Source: an uncultured bacterium
GTDB taxonomy: Bacteria > Patescibacteriota > Gracilibacteria > UBA1369 > PNNO01
DNA: 32,000 nt
Assembly (NCBI GenBank): GCA_963704705.1
Contig: OY969931.1
Location: forward strand, 630,001 to 662,000
Direction: 5' to 3'
Both the position numbers and the translations under genes were made by a program. This document shows, piece by piece, positions 1 through 8,370 of the stretch. Within the stretch, counting starts at the first letter, position 1; the number at the start of each line of letters is the position of its first letter. The notes beneath the pieces were generated by a model, which searched no databases, had not been told where the DNA came from, and saw only the letters and a list, made by a program, of their open reading frames with translations.

Positions 1-808
1 TTGATAGCATACTGAAGAAAGTATTCCTGTTATTTAAAGTATTTGTATTGTCAGCACCCTTAAAGCTGAATACGTATAGATATTCATTTCGTGTAAGCCA
101 AACATTTACTTCCAATTTATCTGAACTTTCTTTTTTAAGTCCTTCAAGTTTGTCGATTCCAATTAAGCTTTGAGTATAACCTAAATTACTGAGTTCATCA
201 GCGTCTGATGGAAGTTCAAGAAATGTTTCCACTTGTTCTTTATCAGGATTTGGAAGTCTTTTAATTATGATTAAATCAGGTTTTGTTTGATCCATTGTTG
301 TCTCTTCAGCTGCTGTAACTTCAGGTTTAACAACCGGTGCGGTAAAAGTCACTTCGTCTGTGCCTTCTTCAACTTTCCAGCTATCCAAATAAGTTAAACT
401 AAAACCAAGATCTGCATTTTTATATTCCTGTTGAGTTCCTGTTTCAGTTGTATCTTCTACTAAATCGATACTTCTAACATCCATAATATCTTTCCCGTCT
501 TCTGCATTACCTAAAACACCTCTTACTTCAACTTTTTTATTTAGATATTTTTCCTGATCTAAATCGATATTATTACTTTTAAGTCTTATTGTGTGGCCTC
601 CGCTTACTTCAAGTAGATGAGTGCCTTCTCCCACACTCATTCCGCCCAAAGATTTTAGTGTTCCAATTCTTTTTTGCTGAACCTGTTCTTCAGCAAGTGT
701 ATTATTGTTCTGTTCTCCGTCAAAAGGCCAGCATCCGCTAGCAATCATAGAAAAACTTAGTAGCATAATAATAAGAAGACCCTTCGAAAGGAATGATCTG
801 GTTTTCAT
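1..808 (-). CDS. Putative lipoprotein, partial (runs off left edge)
   Basis: Minus-strand frame open from ATG at 806-808 to the window start. Conceptual start MKTRSFLSKGLLIIMLLSFSMIASGCWPFDGEQ... is a signal peptide with lipobox-like IASGC. Absent from the supplied ORF track because it is truncated. Confidence 0.75.
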   Translation of the reverse strand, partial: MKTRSFLSKGLLIIMLLSFSMIASGCWPFDGEQNNNTLAEEQVQQKRIGTLKSLGGMSVGEGTHLLEVSGGHTIRLKSNNIDLDQEKYLNKKVEVRGVLGNAEDGKDIMDVRSIDLVEDTTETGTQQEYKNADLGFSLTYLDSWKVEEGTDEVTFTAPVVKPEVTAAEETTMDQTKPDLIIIKRLPNPDKEQVETFLELPSDADELSNLGYTQSLIGIDKLEGLKKESSDKLEVNVWLTRNEYLYVFSFKGADNTNTLNNRNTFFSMLS

Positions 809-869
809 AATTAATAGATTAAAGTGTACATATAATTGGCTTTGATAAAAAGCAATCAGAATTATATCA

Positions 870-1901
870 TCACTTTATAATATTTGTAAATTCATATCCA
901 AGATGTTCAAATGCAACTTTGGTCGCTATTCTTCCGCGATGAGTTCTTTCCAACATCCCGATTTTTAAAAGGTAAGGTTCGTATACTTCTTCAATTGTAT
1001 TTTGTTCTTCGGATGTGGCTGCGGATATTGCACTTAAGCCAACTGGTCCGCCACTAAATTTACTGATTATCAATTCTAAAATATCTCTGTCTGCCTGGTC
1101 TAAACCTATGTTATCAATACCAAGTGAAGAAAGACCTTCTTTAGCGGCTTCCAGGTTGATTGTGTCTAGATTCTTTACTTCAGCAAAATCCCTGATTCGT
1201 TTTAATAATCGATTTGCTATTCTTGGTGTCTGTCTTGAACTTTTTGAGATTTCCTTCGCTGCATTATCCTCAATTTTAAAATTCAATAAATTTGATGTTC
1301 TTTTAATTATTTCAAAAATATCCGCATTTGAATAAAAAGTAAGTTTAAATATGTTTCCGAAACGATCACGAAGCGGTGAAGATAGAAGGCTTACTTTTGT
1401 TGTTGCACCAATCAATGTGAATTTTGGAAGGTTGAGTCTTACTGATTTTGCGGAAGGACCCTGACCAATTATTATATCAATTCCAAAATCTTCCATGGCA
1501 GTATATAGAATTTCTTCGATTGCAGGTCTTAATCGGTGTATTTCATCAATAAATAAAATATCGTTTTCTTTTAAATTTGTTAGTATTGCAGCCAAATCTC
1601 CCTGTTTTTCCAATGCAGGTCCTGAAGTCATTTTAATGCTGACATTCATTTCTTTGGCAATAATATGAGCAAGGGTTGTTTTACCAAGTCCTGCCGGACC
1701 ATGTAATAAGATATGATCAAGAGGCTCTTTACGTTTTTTTGTGGCCTGAATTGCAATAGCTAAATTATTTTTTATTTCCTGCTGACCAATATATTCATCA
1801 AAATTTTGAGGTCTTAAAGTGAAATCCGGAATTATCTCCGTATTATCAACTATTCTTTCCGGTTTTTTTTTAGGTAAATTTGATATGCCTTCTTCAATCA
1901 T
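870..1901 (-). CDS. ruvB: Holliday junction branch migration ATPase RuvB
   Basis: 343 aa; Walker [16 protein letters not shown], Walker [32 protein letters not shown], typical RuvB C-terminal winged helix. Ends in tandem TGA TGA. Confidence 0.98.
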   Translation of the reverse strand: MIEEGISNLPKKKPERIVDNTEIIPDFTLRPQNFDEYIGQQEIKNNLAIAIQATKKRKEPLDHILLHGPAGLGKTTLAHIIAKEMNVSIKMTSGPALEKQGDLAAILTNLKENDILFIDEIHRLRPAIEEILYTAMEDFGIDIIIGQGPSAKSVRLNLPKFTLIGATTKVSLLSSPLRDRFGNIFKLTFYSNADIFEIIKRTSNLLNFKIEDNAAKEISKSSRQTPRIANRLLKRIRDFAEVKNLDTINLEAAKEGLSSLGIDNIGLDQADRDILELIISKFSGGPVGLSAISAATSEEQNTIEEVYEPYLLKIGMLERTHRGRIATKVAFEHLGYEFTNIIK

Positions 1902-1906
1902 ATTTA

Positions 1907-2437
1907 TTATTCAGTAACAGGAACAGTAGTAGCGTTAATTTCGCAAGTATTTGGTTTACAGCCTTCAATATGCTGTGATAAGAACTTTTTAATACCCTCA
2001 GGATCTGGAGCTTCTGTAAATATTATTGTTGCCTTAGAAGCTGATGTTTCAATTCTTAGAAGTCCGTAATCAAATAAATAAATTGCAGAAAAAATTCCCT
2101 TTTCTTTAGTGTGGATATCCTGTACATCACTTAACAATGCTTCACCTTCATCTCTTTTTGATAATACTTTCCAGTCAATATGTACTATTCTTTTGTTTGT
2201 TATTACAACTTTATCAAGCCAGTAAATTAAGGCCAGATAAATTATTACACCAGTAAATAATGCAATAATTACTAAAATTCCGATAATTGTTACTTCATAT
2301 GATATTGAATTTGAGAACAAATATAGTAAGAAGAAAAATGGCAAACTAGCTCCTGTTGTCTTAATTACTTGCATAATAAAAGGGAAGGGATGGTGATGAT
2401 AAATTCTTATTATTTTTTCTCCATTTTGCAGTTGCAT
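1907..2437 (-). CDS. PH-like (bPH/YdbT-type) domain membrane protein
   Basis: 176 aa; two hydrophobic helices then [14 protein letters not shown]...[15 protein letters not shown], typical of bacterial PH domains. Confidence 0.6.
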   Translation of the reverse strand: MQLQNGEKIIRIYHHHPFPFIMQVIKTTGASLPFFFLLYLFSNSISYEVTIIGILVIIALFTGVIIYLALIYWLDKVVITNKRIVHIDWKVLSKRDEGEALLSDVQDIHTKEKGIFSAIYLFDYGLLRIETSASKATIIFTEAPDPEGIKKFLSQHIEGCKPNTCEINATTVPVTE

Positions 2438-2549
2438 GATTTTGGATTAAAATAGTATTTAGGTAGGCATACAACTATAACAGAACTCGCAAAAAAGTCA
2501 ACTAATTCTATTCCTACCTGAATAATACATAAATTATATCAATATTACA

Positions 2550-3296
2550 ATGAATACAAACCTGATCCCAAATAAGTTCAAATGGCAAATAAAAGATGTT
2601 TTTAATGTCTTTGTATTAACATTTATTATTGAATTTGTTTTTTATTTATTACTTAATTTAATTGATATCGGAGGCATAGTAAAAAGTGTTGATAATATCT
2701 CTGTTTTGCGCGGGTTAATCCTTTTTATTATATATTTAATGCAGGTTTTCGGGATGATTTTTCCATTATGGTATTTTGTGGTTAGAAAATATGATTCGAG
2801 TTTTGAAGATTTTACTTTTAAGTGGATTGGAACAAAAAAAACTATATTTTGGGTAATATTCGCTTATCTTTTTTATCTTGGTTTAAGCATTTTTTTAATT
2901 ATGCTTTTCTTTTCACTGGGAATAGGTTTATTTGGATTTGAAGAACAAAAATCCCTTTTTGAAATATTTGGATATGATGTTGCTGGTACAGTTTTTGCTT
3001 TTTTGATTGCAGTAATAATTGCACCATTAGTTGAAGAACTTTTTTTCAGAGGTTTTGTTTTGCAAACTTTGGCTAAAAAAATAAGTCCGTTTTGGGGTGT
3101 AGTAATTACAGCTTTAATATTTGCTTCGGTTCATTTTGAATTCCAATCTATAATGCCGCTGCTTATTTTATCGCTAGTGTTAAATATTCTATATATCAAA
3201 ACAAATTCAATCTGGCCTGGGATAATCTTTCATATTTTTAATAATTCCATAGCTTTTTTCATCATTCTCTTGATTGAAAACGGGTATTTATTATAA
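2550..3296 (+). CDS. CPBP family intramembrane metalloprotease (CAAX/Abi-like)
   Basis: 248 aa polytopic protein; EELFFRGFVL (EExxxR) motif and FASVHF motif. Confidence 0.85.
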   Translation: MNTNLIPNKFKWQIKDVFNVFVLTFIIEFVFYLLLNLIDIGGIVKSVDNISVLRGLILFIIYLMQVFGMIFPLWYFVVRKYDSSFEDFTFKWIGTKKTIFWVIFAYLFYLGLSIFLIMLFFSLGIGLFGFEEQKSLFEIFGYDVAGTVFAFLIAVIIAPLVEELFFRGFVLQTLAKKISPFWGVVITALIFASVHFEFQSIMPLLILSLVLNILYIKTNSIWPGIIFHIFNNSIAFFIILLIENGYLL

Positions 3297-3315
3297 ACTA
3301 CGCTTTGACTAATAT

Positions 3316-3392
3316 GCGCCCGTAGCTCAGCTGGATAGAGCAGTGCCCTTCTAAGGCAAAGGTCGCAGGTTCGAATCCTGCCGGGCGTACCA
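3316..3392 (+). tRNA. tRNA-Arg (anticodon TCT), CCA encoded
   Basis: GCGCCCG acceptor pairs with CGGGCGT; D-arm GCTC/GAGC; anticodon loop CTTCTAA; T-arm GCAGG-TTCGAAT-CCTGC; 3' ACCA. Confidence 0.95.
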
Positions 3393-3398
3393 CGGAGA

Positions 3399-3450
3399 CA
3401 CGCGAATGCGTGGCTCTATGGAGCGAGACGCGTTTAGCGGCGAGCGAAGC
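3399..3450. repeat. GC-rich mini-hairpin cluster (family member 1)
   Basis: CACGC-GAAT-GCGTG stem-loop at 3399-3412 followed by gagcgagacgcgtttagcggcgagcgaagcg, immediately 3' of tRNA-Arg. Confidence 0.5.
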
Positions 3451-3463
3451 GATAATAATTTCT

Positions 3464-4774
3464 ATGAATTTAAAAACTTTAGTTTTAATTAGTGATTTAC
3501 ATATAGGAGGCGATAAAATAATTGAAGATTTTAATTGTGAAAAAGAACTAATTAATTTTTTGGATCATCTTGAAACATTAAAAGAACCATTGGAGCTAAT
3601 TATACTTGGTGATTTTTTTGATTTATGGAAAGTAGAAAATACTCTTGAAAATCAGGTTGATTTTGTTATCAATCAAAGACCTGCCTTATTTGAAAGATTA
3701 AAAAAGTTCGGAGCTCATCATACTATTACAGTTATTCCGGGCAACCATGATCATGCACTTTTTTATAACGATAAATATAAAGCTGATTTAAAAAAATATA
3801 ATATTAATGTTGTTTCTGAAAGATTTTTCAAAAGGGAGTTCAAAAATAAAGAAAAAGTTATTCGTATAATAGGGGAGCATGGTAATCAGGTTGAACCCGG
3901 ATCAGCTTTTCCTGATTTTAATATGCCAACCGAAAGTTCTTTGGCATATCATTTGAATAAAATTCTGGTTTACAGGATAATGCGCTTAGGAAACGAGAAA
4001 AAACGCCCTGACTGGGTAAAAGGGCTTGATAATGTTGAAAACGAATTAGTCCCTTATTGGTTTTTATGTAAATATTTTTATCATGAAGTCGGACCTGTTT
4101 TAAAAGCGATATTGATACCAATGCTGGCTTTATTTGGTTTGGCTCTGCCTTATTTCATTTTTGATGTTATTACCGACTTTTATCAACCTACCTTTTTGCA
4201 ACCGCTTTTAATCCTTTTGGATACAAAAATCTACTTCAAGGTTCTTATATTTATTTTGTATTTTGATATGGTTGTTGTAGTTTTATTATTTGTTTTCTCT
4301 TTATTACGAAAAGGTTTTCAAAAGCGTTTACATGAATACGGGCTTCAAAGTTTAACTGATATTTTAGTTTCCAAAAAACATGCATACGAAACACATGCAA
4401 AAGAAGTAATCAATCAAAACAATCCTTATAATCAAAAGGCTGATTTATATGTAAACGGACACACACATGAAGCAACACTTGATGAGAATTTTGAGGGCGC
4501 TGTTTATGCGGATACCGGAAGCTGGAAACAGTTAATGAAAAGAATGACTACAAGATTACGAATGCCTTCTGTTTTTTACCCATATTATTCTCTTACTTAT
4601 TTGCAATGTACGCAGCTTGATGATGGACTGAAAGTAGAATTAAGAGAATGTCCAAAAGAATATAAACCTGATCTTACAATACTTGAAAAATTAGCCCTTA
4701 AAAAAACAAAAGACCTTCCAAAACCTGTGAATGTGGATACCCTGATAAACGAAACTTTTATCAAATTTCATTAA
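3464..4774 (+). CDS. Metallophosphoesterase (UDP-2,3-diacylglucosamine pyrophosphatase-like) with transmembrane insert
   Basis: Motifs ISDLHIGG, LGDFFDLW, PGNHDH and NGHTHEA. The track ORF starts at 3410, but the first 18 codons translate the GC-rich hairpin region; MNLKTLVLISDLH at 3464 is the more natural start. Confidence 0.85.
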   Translation: MNLKTLVLISDLHIGGDKIIEDFNCEKELINFLDHLETLKEPLELIILGDFFDLWKVENTLENQVDFVINQRPALFERLKKFGAHHTITVIPGNHDHALFYNDKYKADLKKYNINVVSERFFKREFKNKEKVIRIIGEHGNQVEPGSAFPDFNMPTESSLAYHLNKILVYRIMRLGNEKKRPDWVKGLDNVENELVPYWFLCKYFYHEVGPVLKAILIPMLALFGLALPYFIFDVITDFYQPTFLQPLLILLDTKIYFKVLIFILYFDMVVVVLLFVFSLLRKGFQKRLHEYGLQSLTDILVSKKHAYETHAKEVINQNNPYNQKADLYVNGHTHEATLDENFEGAVYADTGSWKQLMKRMTTRLRMPSVFYPYYSLTYLQCTQLDDGLKVELRECPKEYKPDLTILEKLALKKTKDLPKPVNVDTLINETFIKFH

Positions 4775-4849
4775 TAAAGAAATTATACTTGCCAAAGTCT
4801 GATAATTATACTAAAATTCTTTCTAATTTTTTTATCATATTAAATTTAA

Positions 4850-5851
4850 ATGCAGGCAGAATTTCAAAGAACAAAAAGGGCAATTGAAAAAGCAGAAAAA
4901 ATACTGCTTATTGCTCATAGAAAACCGGATGGAGACACATTGGGGTCATGTATTGCATTAAAATATGCTATTTCAGATTTGAATAAAGAAGTTACAATGG
5001 CTTGTATAGATGAGATACCGGAAAGATATTCTTACATGCCTGATATTCGTGATTTTATTATGGAATTTGATTTCAGGGAATTTGATTTGATAATAGTTTG
5101 TGATGCAGGAGCGTCTTATATGACTAATTATCATGAACTTTATCCTGATATTTTTAAAGGTGATGTACCTGTAATAAATGTCGACCATCATGCTTCAAAT
5201 GATAATTTCGGAACTATAAATCTTGTTGATCCACAATCCGCATCAACAACAATGATACTTTATAAATTTATAAAATTTAGCGGTTATAAAATAACTCCTC
5301 AATCTGCAACAGCTTTATTAACAGGAATTTATAATGATACAGGAAGCTTTATGCATCAAAATACAACTCCTGAAACAATGAAAATCGCGAGTGAATTAAT
5401 GAATGTTGGCGGAAGAATCGTAGATGTTTCAAGAAATCTGTTTAAAACAACACCTGTTTCAACTTTAAAACTTTGGGGCAGAGTCTTGGAAAATTTGAAA
5501 ATTAATAAAGACGGAGTCGCAATGTCTGTGGTTACAAAACAGGATTTTGAAGAATGCGGCGCTGAACTTGATGAACTTTCAGGCGCTGTGGATTTTATTA
5601 ATTGCGTTCCAGAAACCAAATTTACTGTTTTATTGCATGAAGATGAAAATGGAAACGTTAAAGGTTCGTTCAGAACCAGAAATGAAAATGTGGATTTGGA
5701 AGAAATTGCATCAAAATTTGGCGGTGGCGGACATAAAAAAGCAGCTGGATTTACATTGCCTGGTAAATTACAAAAAGAAACTGTCTGGAAGATAATTCCG
5801 GCTCATGATAAGCGTCAGCACAGATCACTTCGTGATTTTAATATCGAATAA
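4850..5851 (+). CDS. nrnA: DHH/DHHA1 family phosphoesterase (NrnA/RecJ-like oligoribonuclease)
   Basis: 333 aa; AHRKPDGDTLGS, VDHHASNDNFG, GIYNDTGSF and C-terminal GGGGHKKAAGF. Confidence 0.88.
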   Translation: MQAEFQRTKRAIEKAEKILLIAHRKPDGDTLGSCIALKYAISDLNKEVTMACIDEIPERYSYMPDIRDFIMEFDFREFDLIIVCDAGASYMTNYHELYPDIFKGDVPVINVDHHASNDNFGTINLVDPQSASTTMILYKFIKFSGYKITPQSATALLTGIYNDTGSFMHQNTTPETMKIASELMNVGGRIVDVSRNLFKTTPVSTLKLWGRVLENLKINKDGVAMSVVTKQDFEECGAELDELSGAVDFINCVPETKFTVLLHEDENGNVKGSFRTRNENVDLEEIASKFGGGGHKKAAGFTLPGKLQKETVWKIIPAHDKRQHRSLRDFNIE

Positions 5852-5922
5852 AAATCTTGTTTAAGTGTGGCATTCCTGATAATCTTTAAATCACTATTTA
5901 TCAATTGAATTAATTAAAGATT

Positions 5923-6918
5923 ATGAAGATAAGAATTGCCGTTGCTGTTTTACTTGTGCTTATTTTTGCCCTATTAACAGTTCCTACTTTTTTTGTTCGG
6001 AGTTTTGTTAAGACTTATTTTAATCCAAGTTTTTATGACGGACCTGTTCTAGAAGAATCTCATGAATATTTTATTTCGTTTTTTAAAAAACAAGTTCAAA
6101 AAGATGAATTTGTTGCAGAAAATTTTTCAGATGAAGAAATTGAAACATTAACTCGTAGATATTTTGCATTTGATTCATTCCAGGAAATAATCAAAGACTT
6201 CGTTACACAAATGAACAATCTGTCTGAAGATCGCCAAAAAGGTGAACTGAATGTTTCATTAATGCCCTTAAAACAAAATATTCCTGAAATGGCTGCTGAT
6301 ATATCAGTAATGATAATAGATAAAATTCCTTTATGTGATACTGAGGCTGATACAACTGATACAGAATTTGAATTTAACGGATCTCTACCATCTTGTATTC
6401 CTACAGAGATAGGTAAAAGTCAGGTTGAAAAGCCTTTGGCGCGTGAAATCGAAAAGAATTTGAATGATTCGATCCCTGGTGAATTTAAATTGGATTTTGA
6501 AAATAATGCTGCTACCCAAGGAACTTCAGATTTTAAGCAATTGTTGTTTGTTTTCAGCTATACTCAAATGATTATGCCATTATTTATGCTTATTATTATA
6601 CTTTTAATGGCACTTATAATTTATAAACCTTATACAAGAATAATGAAGTTCATTGGTGCTTCATTTGTTTTGGGCGGTGCATTCGCATTAATTGCCGGGC
6701 AATTGTTTTTGAGAGTTCCTGAAGCTTTCATAACACCATCCAGTTTTCCTGAACTAATAGCAGCGGATTTGAATGAAATGATTACTTTTTATTCATTTTT
6801 AATTCAGTTTATTGTTGATAAGATTAATATATATTCTGTATATTTTATTGGAATAGGTTCGCTTATTGTTCTTATTGGTATGTATTTAAGCCACTTTTAT
6901 AAACATGACACACAATAG
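5923..6918 (+). CDS. Hypothetical membrane protein (N-terminal TM, large extracytoplasmic part, three or four C-terminal TMs)
   Basis: 331 aa ORF; hydrophobic segments at the N terminus and C-terminal half; no recognised family. Confidence 0.7.
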   Translation: MKIRIAVAVLLVLIFALLTVPTFFVRSFVKTYFNPSFYDGPVLEESHEYFISFFKKQVQKDEFVAENFSDEEIETLTRRYFAFDSFQEIIKDFVTQMNNLSEDRQKGELNVSLMPLKQNIPEMAADISVMIIDKIPLCDTEADTTDTEFEFNGSLPSCIPTEIGKSQVEKPLAREIEKNLNDSIPGEFKLDFENNAATQGTSDFKQLLFVFSYTQMIMPLFMLIIILLMALIIYKPYTRIMKFIGASFVLGGAFALIAGQLFLRVPEAFITPSSFPELIAADLNEMITFYSFLIQFIVDKINIYSVYFIGIGSLIVLIGMYLSHFYKHDTQ

Positions 6919-7282
6919 ATATTTAGCTTTTGTAGGAATAGCGGGTTTTGTAAGTTGGATCGCATGGTTCATAGTTCTTAATAAATTGGATCCTTTCGAA
7001 TCTACTGGTTTGGCATTGGGATTGTTTTTTGTGAGTTTGTTTTTTGCTTTGGCATGCACTTTTACCGTAGTTGGATTTTATTTCAGGATGTGGCTTAATA
7101 AAAACGAAATTTATTCAAATCATATCGCAATCGCATTCAGACAGGGGATTGAATTAACAGTTATAGCGCTCGGTTGTATTTTCTTTCTTATTTTAGGTGT
7201 ATTAAATTGGTGGTCAGGCTTTTTACTTATTTTATCTGTTTCTTTAGTCGAGTTATATTTTGTGGCCCGACAGGAACAATAA
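6905..7282 (+). CDS. Hypothetical small membrane protein, overlaps preceding ORF by 14 bp
   Basis: 125 aa; about four hydrophobic segments; same strand as upstream gene. Confidence 0.65.
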   Translation: MTHNRYLAFVGIAGFVSWIAWFIVLNKLDPFESTGLALGLFFVSLFFALACTFTVVGFYFRMWLNKNEIYSNHIAIAFRQGIELTVIALGCIFFLILGVLNWWSGFLLILSVSLVELYFVARQEQ

Positions 7283-7284
7283 TT

Positions 7285-7328
7285 TTTATACAACAAATAA
7301 CCGTATTTGTATAAATGACGGTTTTTTA
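7285..7328 (+). terminator. Probable intrinsic terminator with overlapping alternative stem
   Basis: AACCGT (7299-7304) pairs with ACGGTT (7318-7323) followed by a T run. TTTATACAA (7285-7293) pairs with TTGTATAAA (7307-7315) as an alternative. Confidence 0.55.
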
Positions 7329-7340
7329 GTAAAGGGTTTT

Positions 7341-7375
7341 GGGTGGCGGTCGCAGACTTGCTGCGACCGCCACCC
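7341..7375 (-). terminator. Perfect 15-bp inverted repeat just past the stop of the island gene
   Basis: GGGTGGCGGTCGCAG-ACTTG-CTGCGACCGCCACCC, perfect stem with 5-nt loop. On the minus strand it is not followed by a T tract, so terminator function is uncertain. Confidence 0.55.
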
Positions 7376-7397
7376 GTGGATGGTGTCTGTAGGTGGG

Positions 7398-8357
7398 TTA
7401 GGTGTCGTTGGGGGTCGTGGGACTCTTCAAGGGCTGGAGACCCCGACGGACCCTGATGTCGTTCCGGAGGGCCTTGTGGATGAACTCGCGATTGTCGTTG
7501 TCCCCCTTGATGCGCGCCTTGCGCTCATGGTCGTCCGCTGCGATGCGCTGGCTGCGCTCCTGGTCGACCTGCTGGTCGACGTAGGACTTGGTGGCGTACC
7601 TGCTGCTGTTGCCGGAGTCCGAGCCCGAGCCCGAGCCCGAGCCGTTGCTCGCCTTGTAGTGGCGCCGGGTGGGTCTGCGATAGGCATAGTTGCGGCCGTT
7701 GCCCAGCACGCTCTTGGGGACCTTGAAGCAGACCATGCCCTTGTTGGACACATACCGCGAGAAGAGGTTCACGTACGGATCGTCCTTGCTGTCCAGTTTC
7801 ACGGATTCGTAGTCCGCCAGTTCTCCGAGGAACCGGACTCGAACGGGCGAACGCTGCTGGTCGCGCTTGGCGCAGACGTCCACGACCTCGAGGGAGCCGA
7901 TCATCTTGCACATGATGGTCATGCGCGTCCGGGGGTCGAGTGCCCGACAGTCCTCCACGGCGCTATCGCTCACTCCGGCGACCTTCGAGTTACTGGCCTT
8001 GATGGCCACCACCGCACTTGAAGCCTCGTCCGCAGACGATTTGGAGGCGGCCGCGGACTTGGACGCGTTGCTGTCGTGCTTGGCCGCGGACTTGTCGTGC
8101 TTGGCCGCGGACTTGTCCGACTTGTGGGAGGCGATTGCCGCGTTCTCCGCGACCCGCCGATGCTCCTCGGCCTTGTTCACGTCGGCCCTGGTCGCCACGT
8201 TCTTGTTGTGGACCATGGGCTTCTTCTTGCTGGACCACGGGGCCCAGATCAGGAGGCCAATCAACAGTAGCAACAACAGGCCACCGCCGATGCTCGCTCC
8301 GATCCAGAACTTCTTCTTCTCGGGATCCATTTTCTCTCTTTTCTTTTCGGGTTCCAT
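7398..8357 (-). CDS. Hypothetical single-pass membrane-anchored, Lys/Ser/Ala-rich coiled-coil-like protein
   Basis: 319 aa; SD AGGAGG (8365-8370) 7 nt upstream of ATG; N-terminal KKFWIGASIGGGLLLLLLIGLLIWAPW TM; KSAAKHDKSAAKHD repeats, Ser-Gly linker, YATKSYVDQQVDQERSQR. Strongly GC-biased third positions in this frame (e.g. GTG GCG ACC AGG GCC GAC GTG AAC AAG). Confidence 0.7.
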   Translation of the reverse strand: MEPEKKREKMDPEKKKFWIGASIGGGLLLLLLIGLLIWAPWSSKKKPMVHNKNVATRADVNKAEEHRRVAENAAIASHKSDKSAAKHDKSAAKHDSNASKSAAASKSSADEASSAVVAIKASNSKVAGVSDSAVEDCRALDPRTRMTIMCKMIGSLEVVDVCAKRDQQRSPVRVRFLGELADYESVKLDSKDDPYVNLFSRYVSNKGMVCFKVPKSVLGNGRNYAYRRPTRRHYKASNGSGSGSGSDSGNSSRYATKSYVDQQVDQERSQRIAADDHERKARIKGDNDNREFIHKALRNDIRVRRGLQPLKSPTTPNDT

Positions 8358-8364
8358 CCTTACC

Positions 8365-8370
8365 TCCTGG
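8365..8370 (-). promoter_or_regulatory. Strong Shine-Dalgarno (AGGAGG) of the island gene
   Basis: cctcct on + strand, 7-nt spacing to ATG. Neighbouring genes inspected lack any comparable motif. Confidence 0.8.

Noticed and set aside
2550-3296. CPBP/CAAX-like protease as a bacteriocin-immunity or abortive-infection component
   Set aside because: No bacteriocin peptide, toxin or defence gene is adjacent; the family is widespread and this context is unremarkable.
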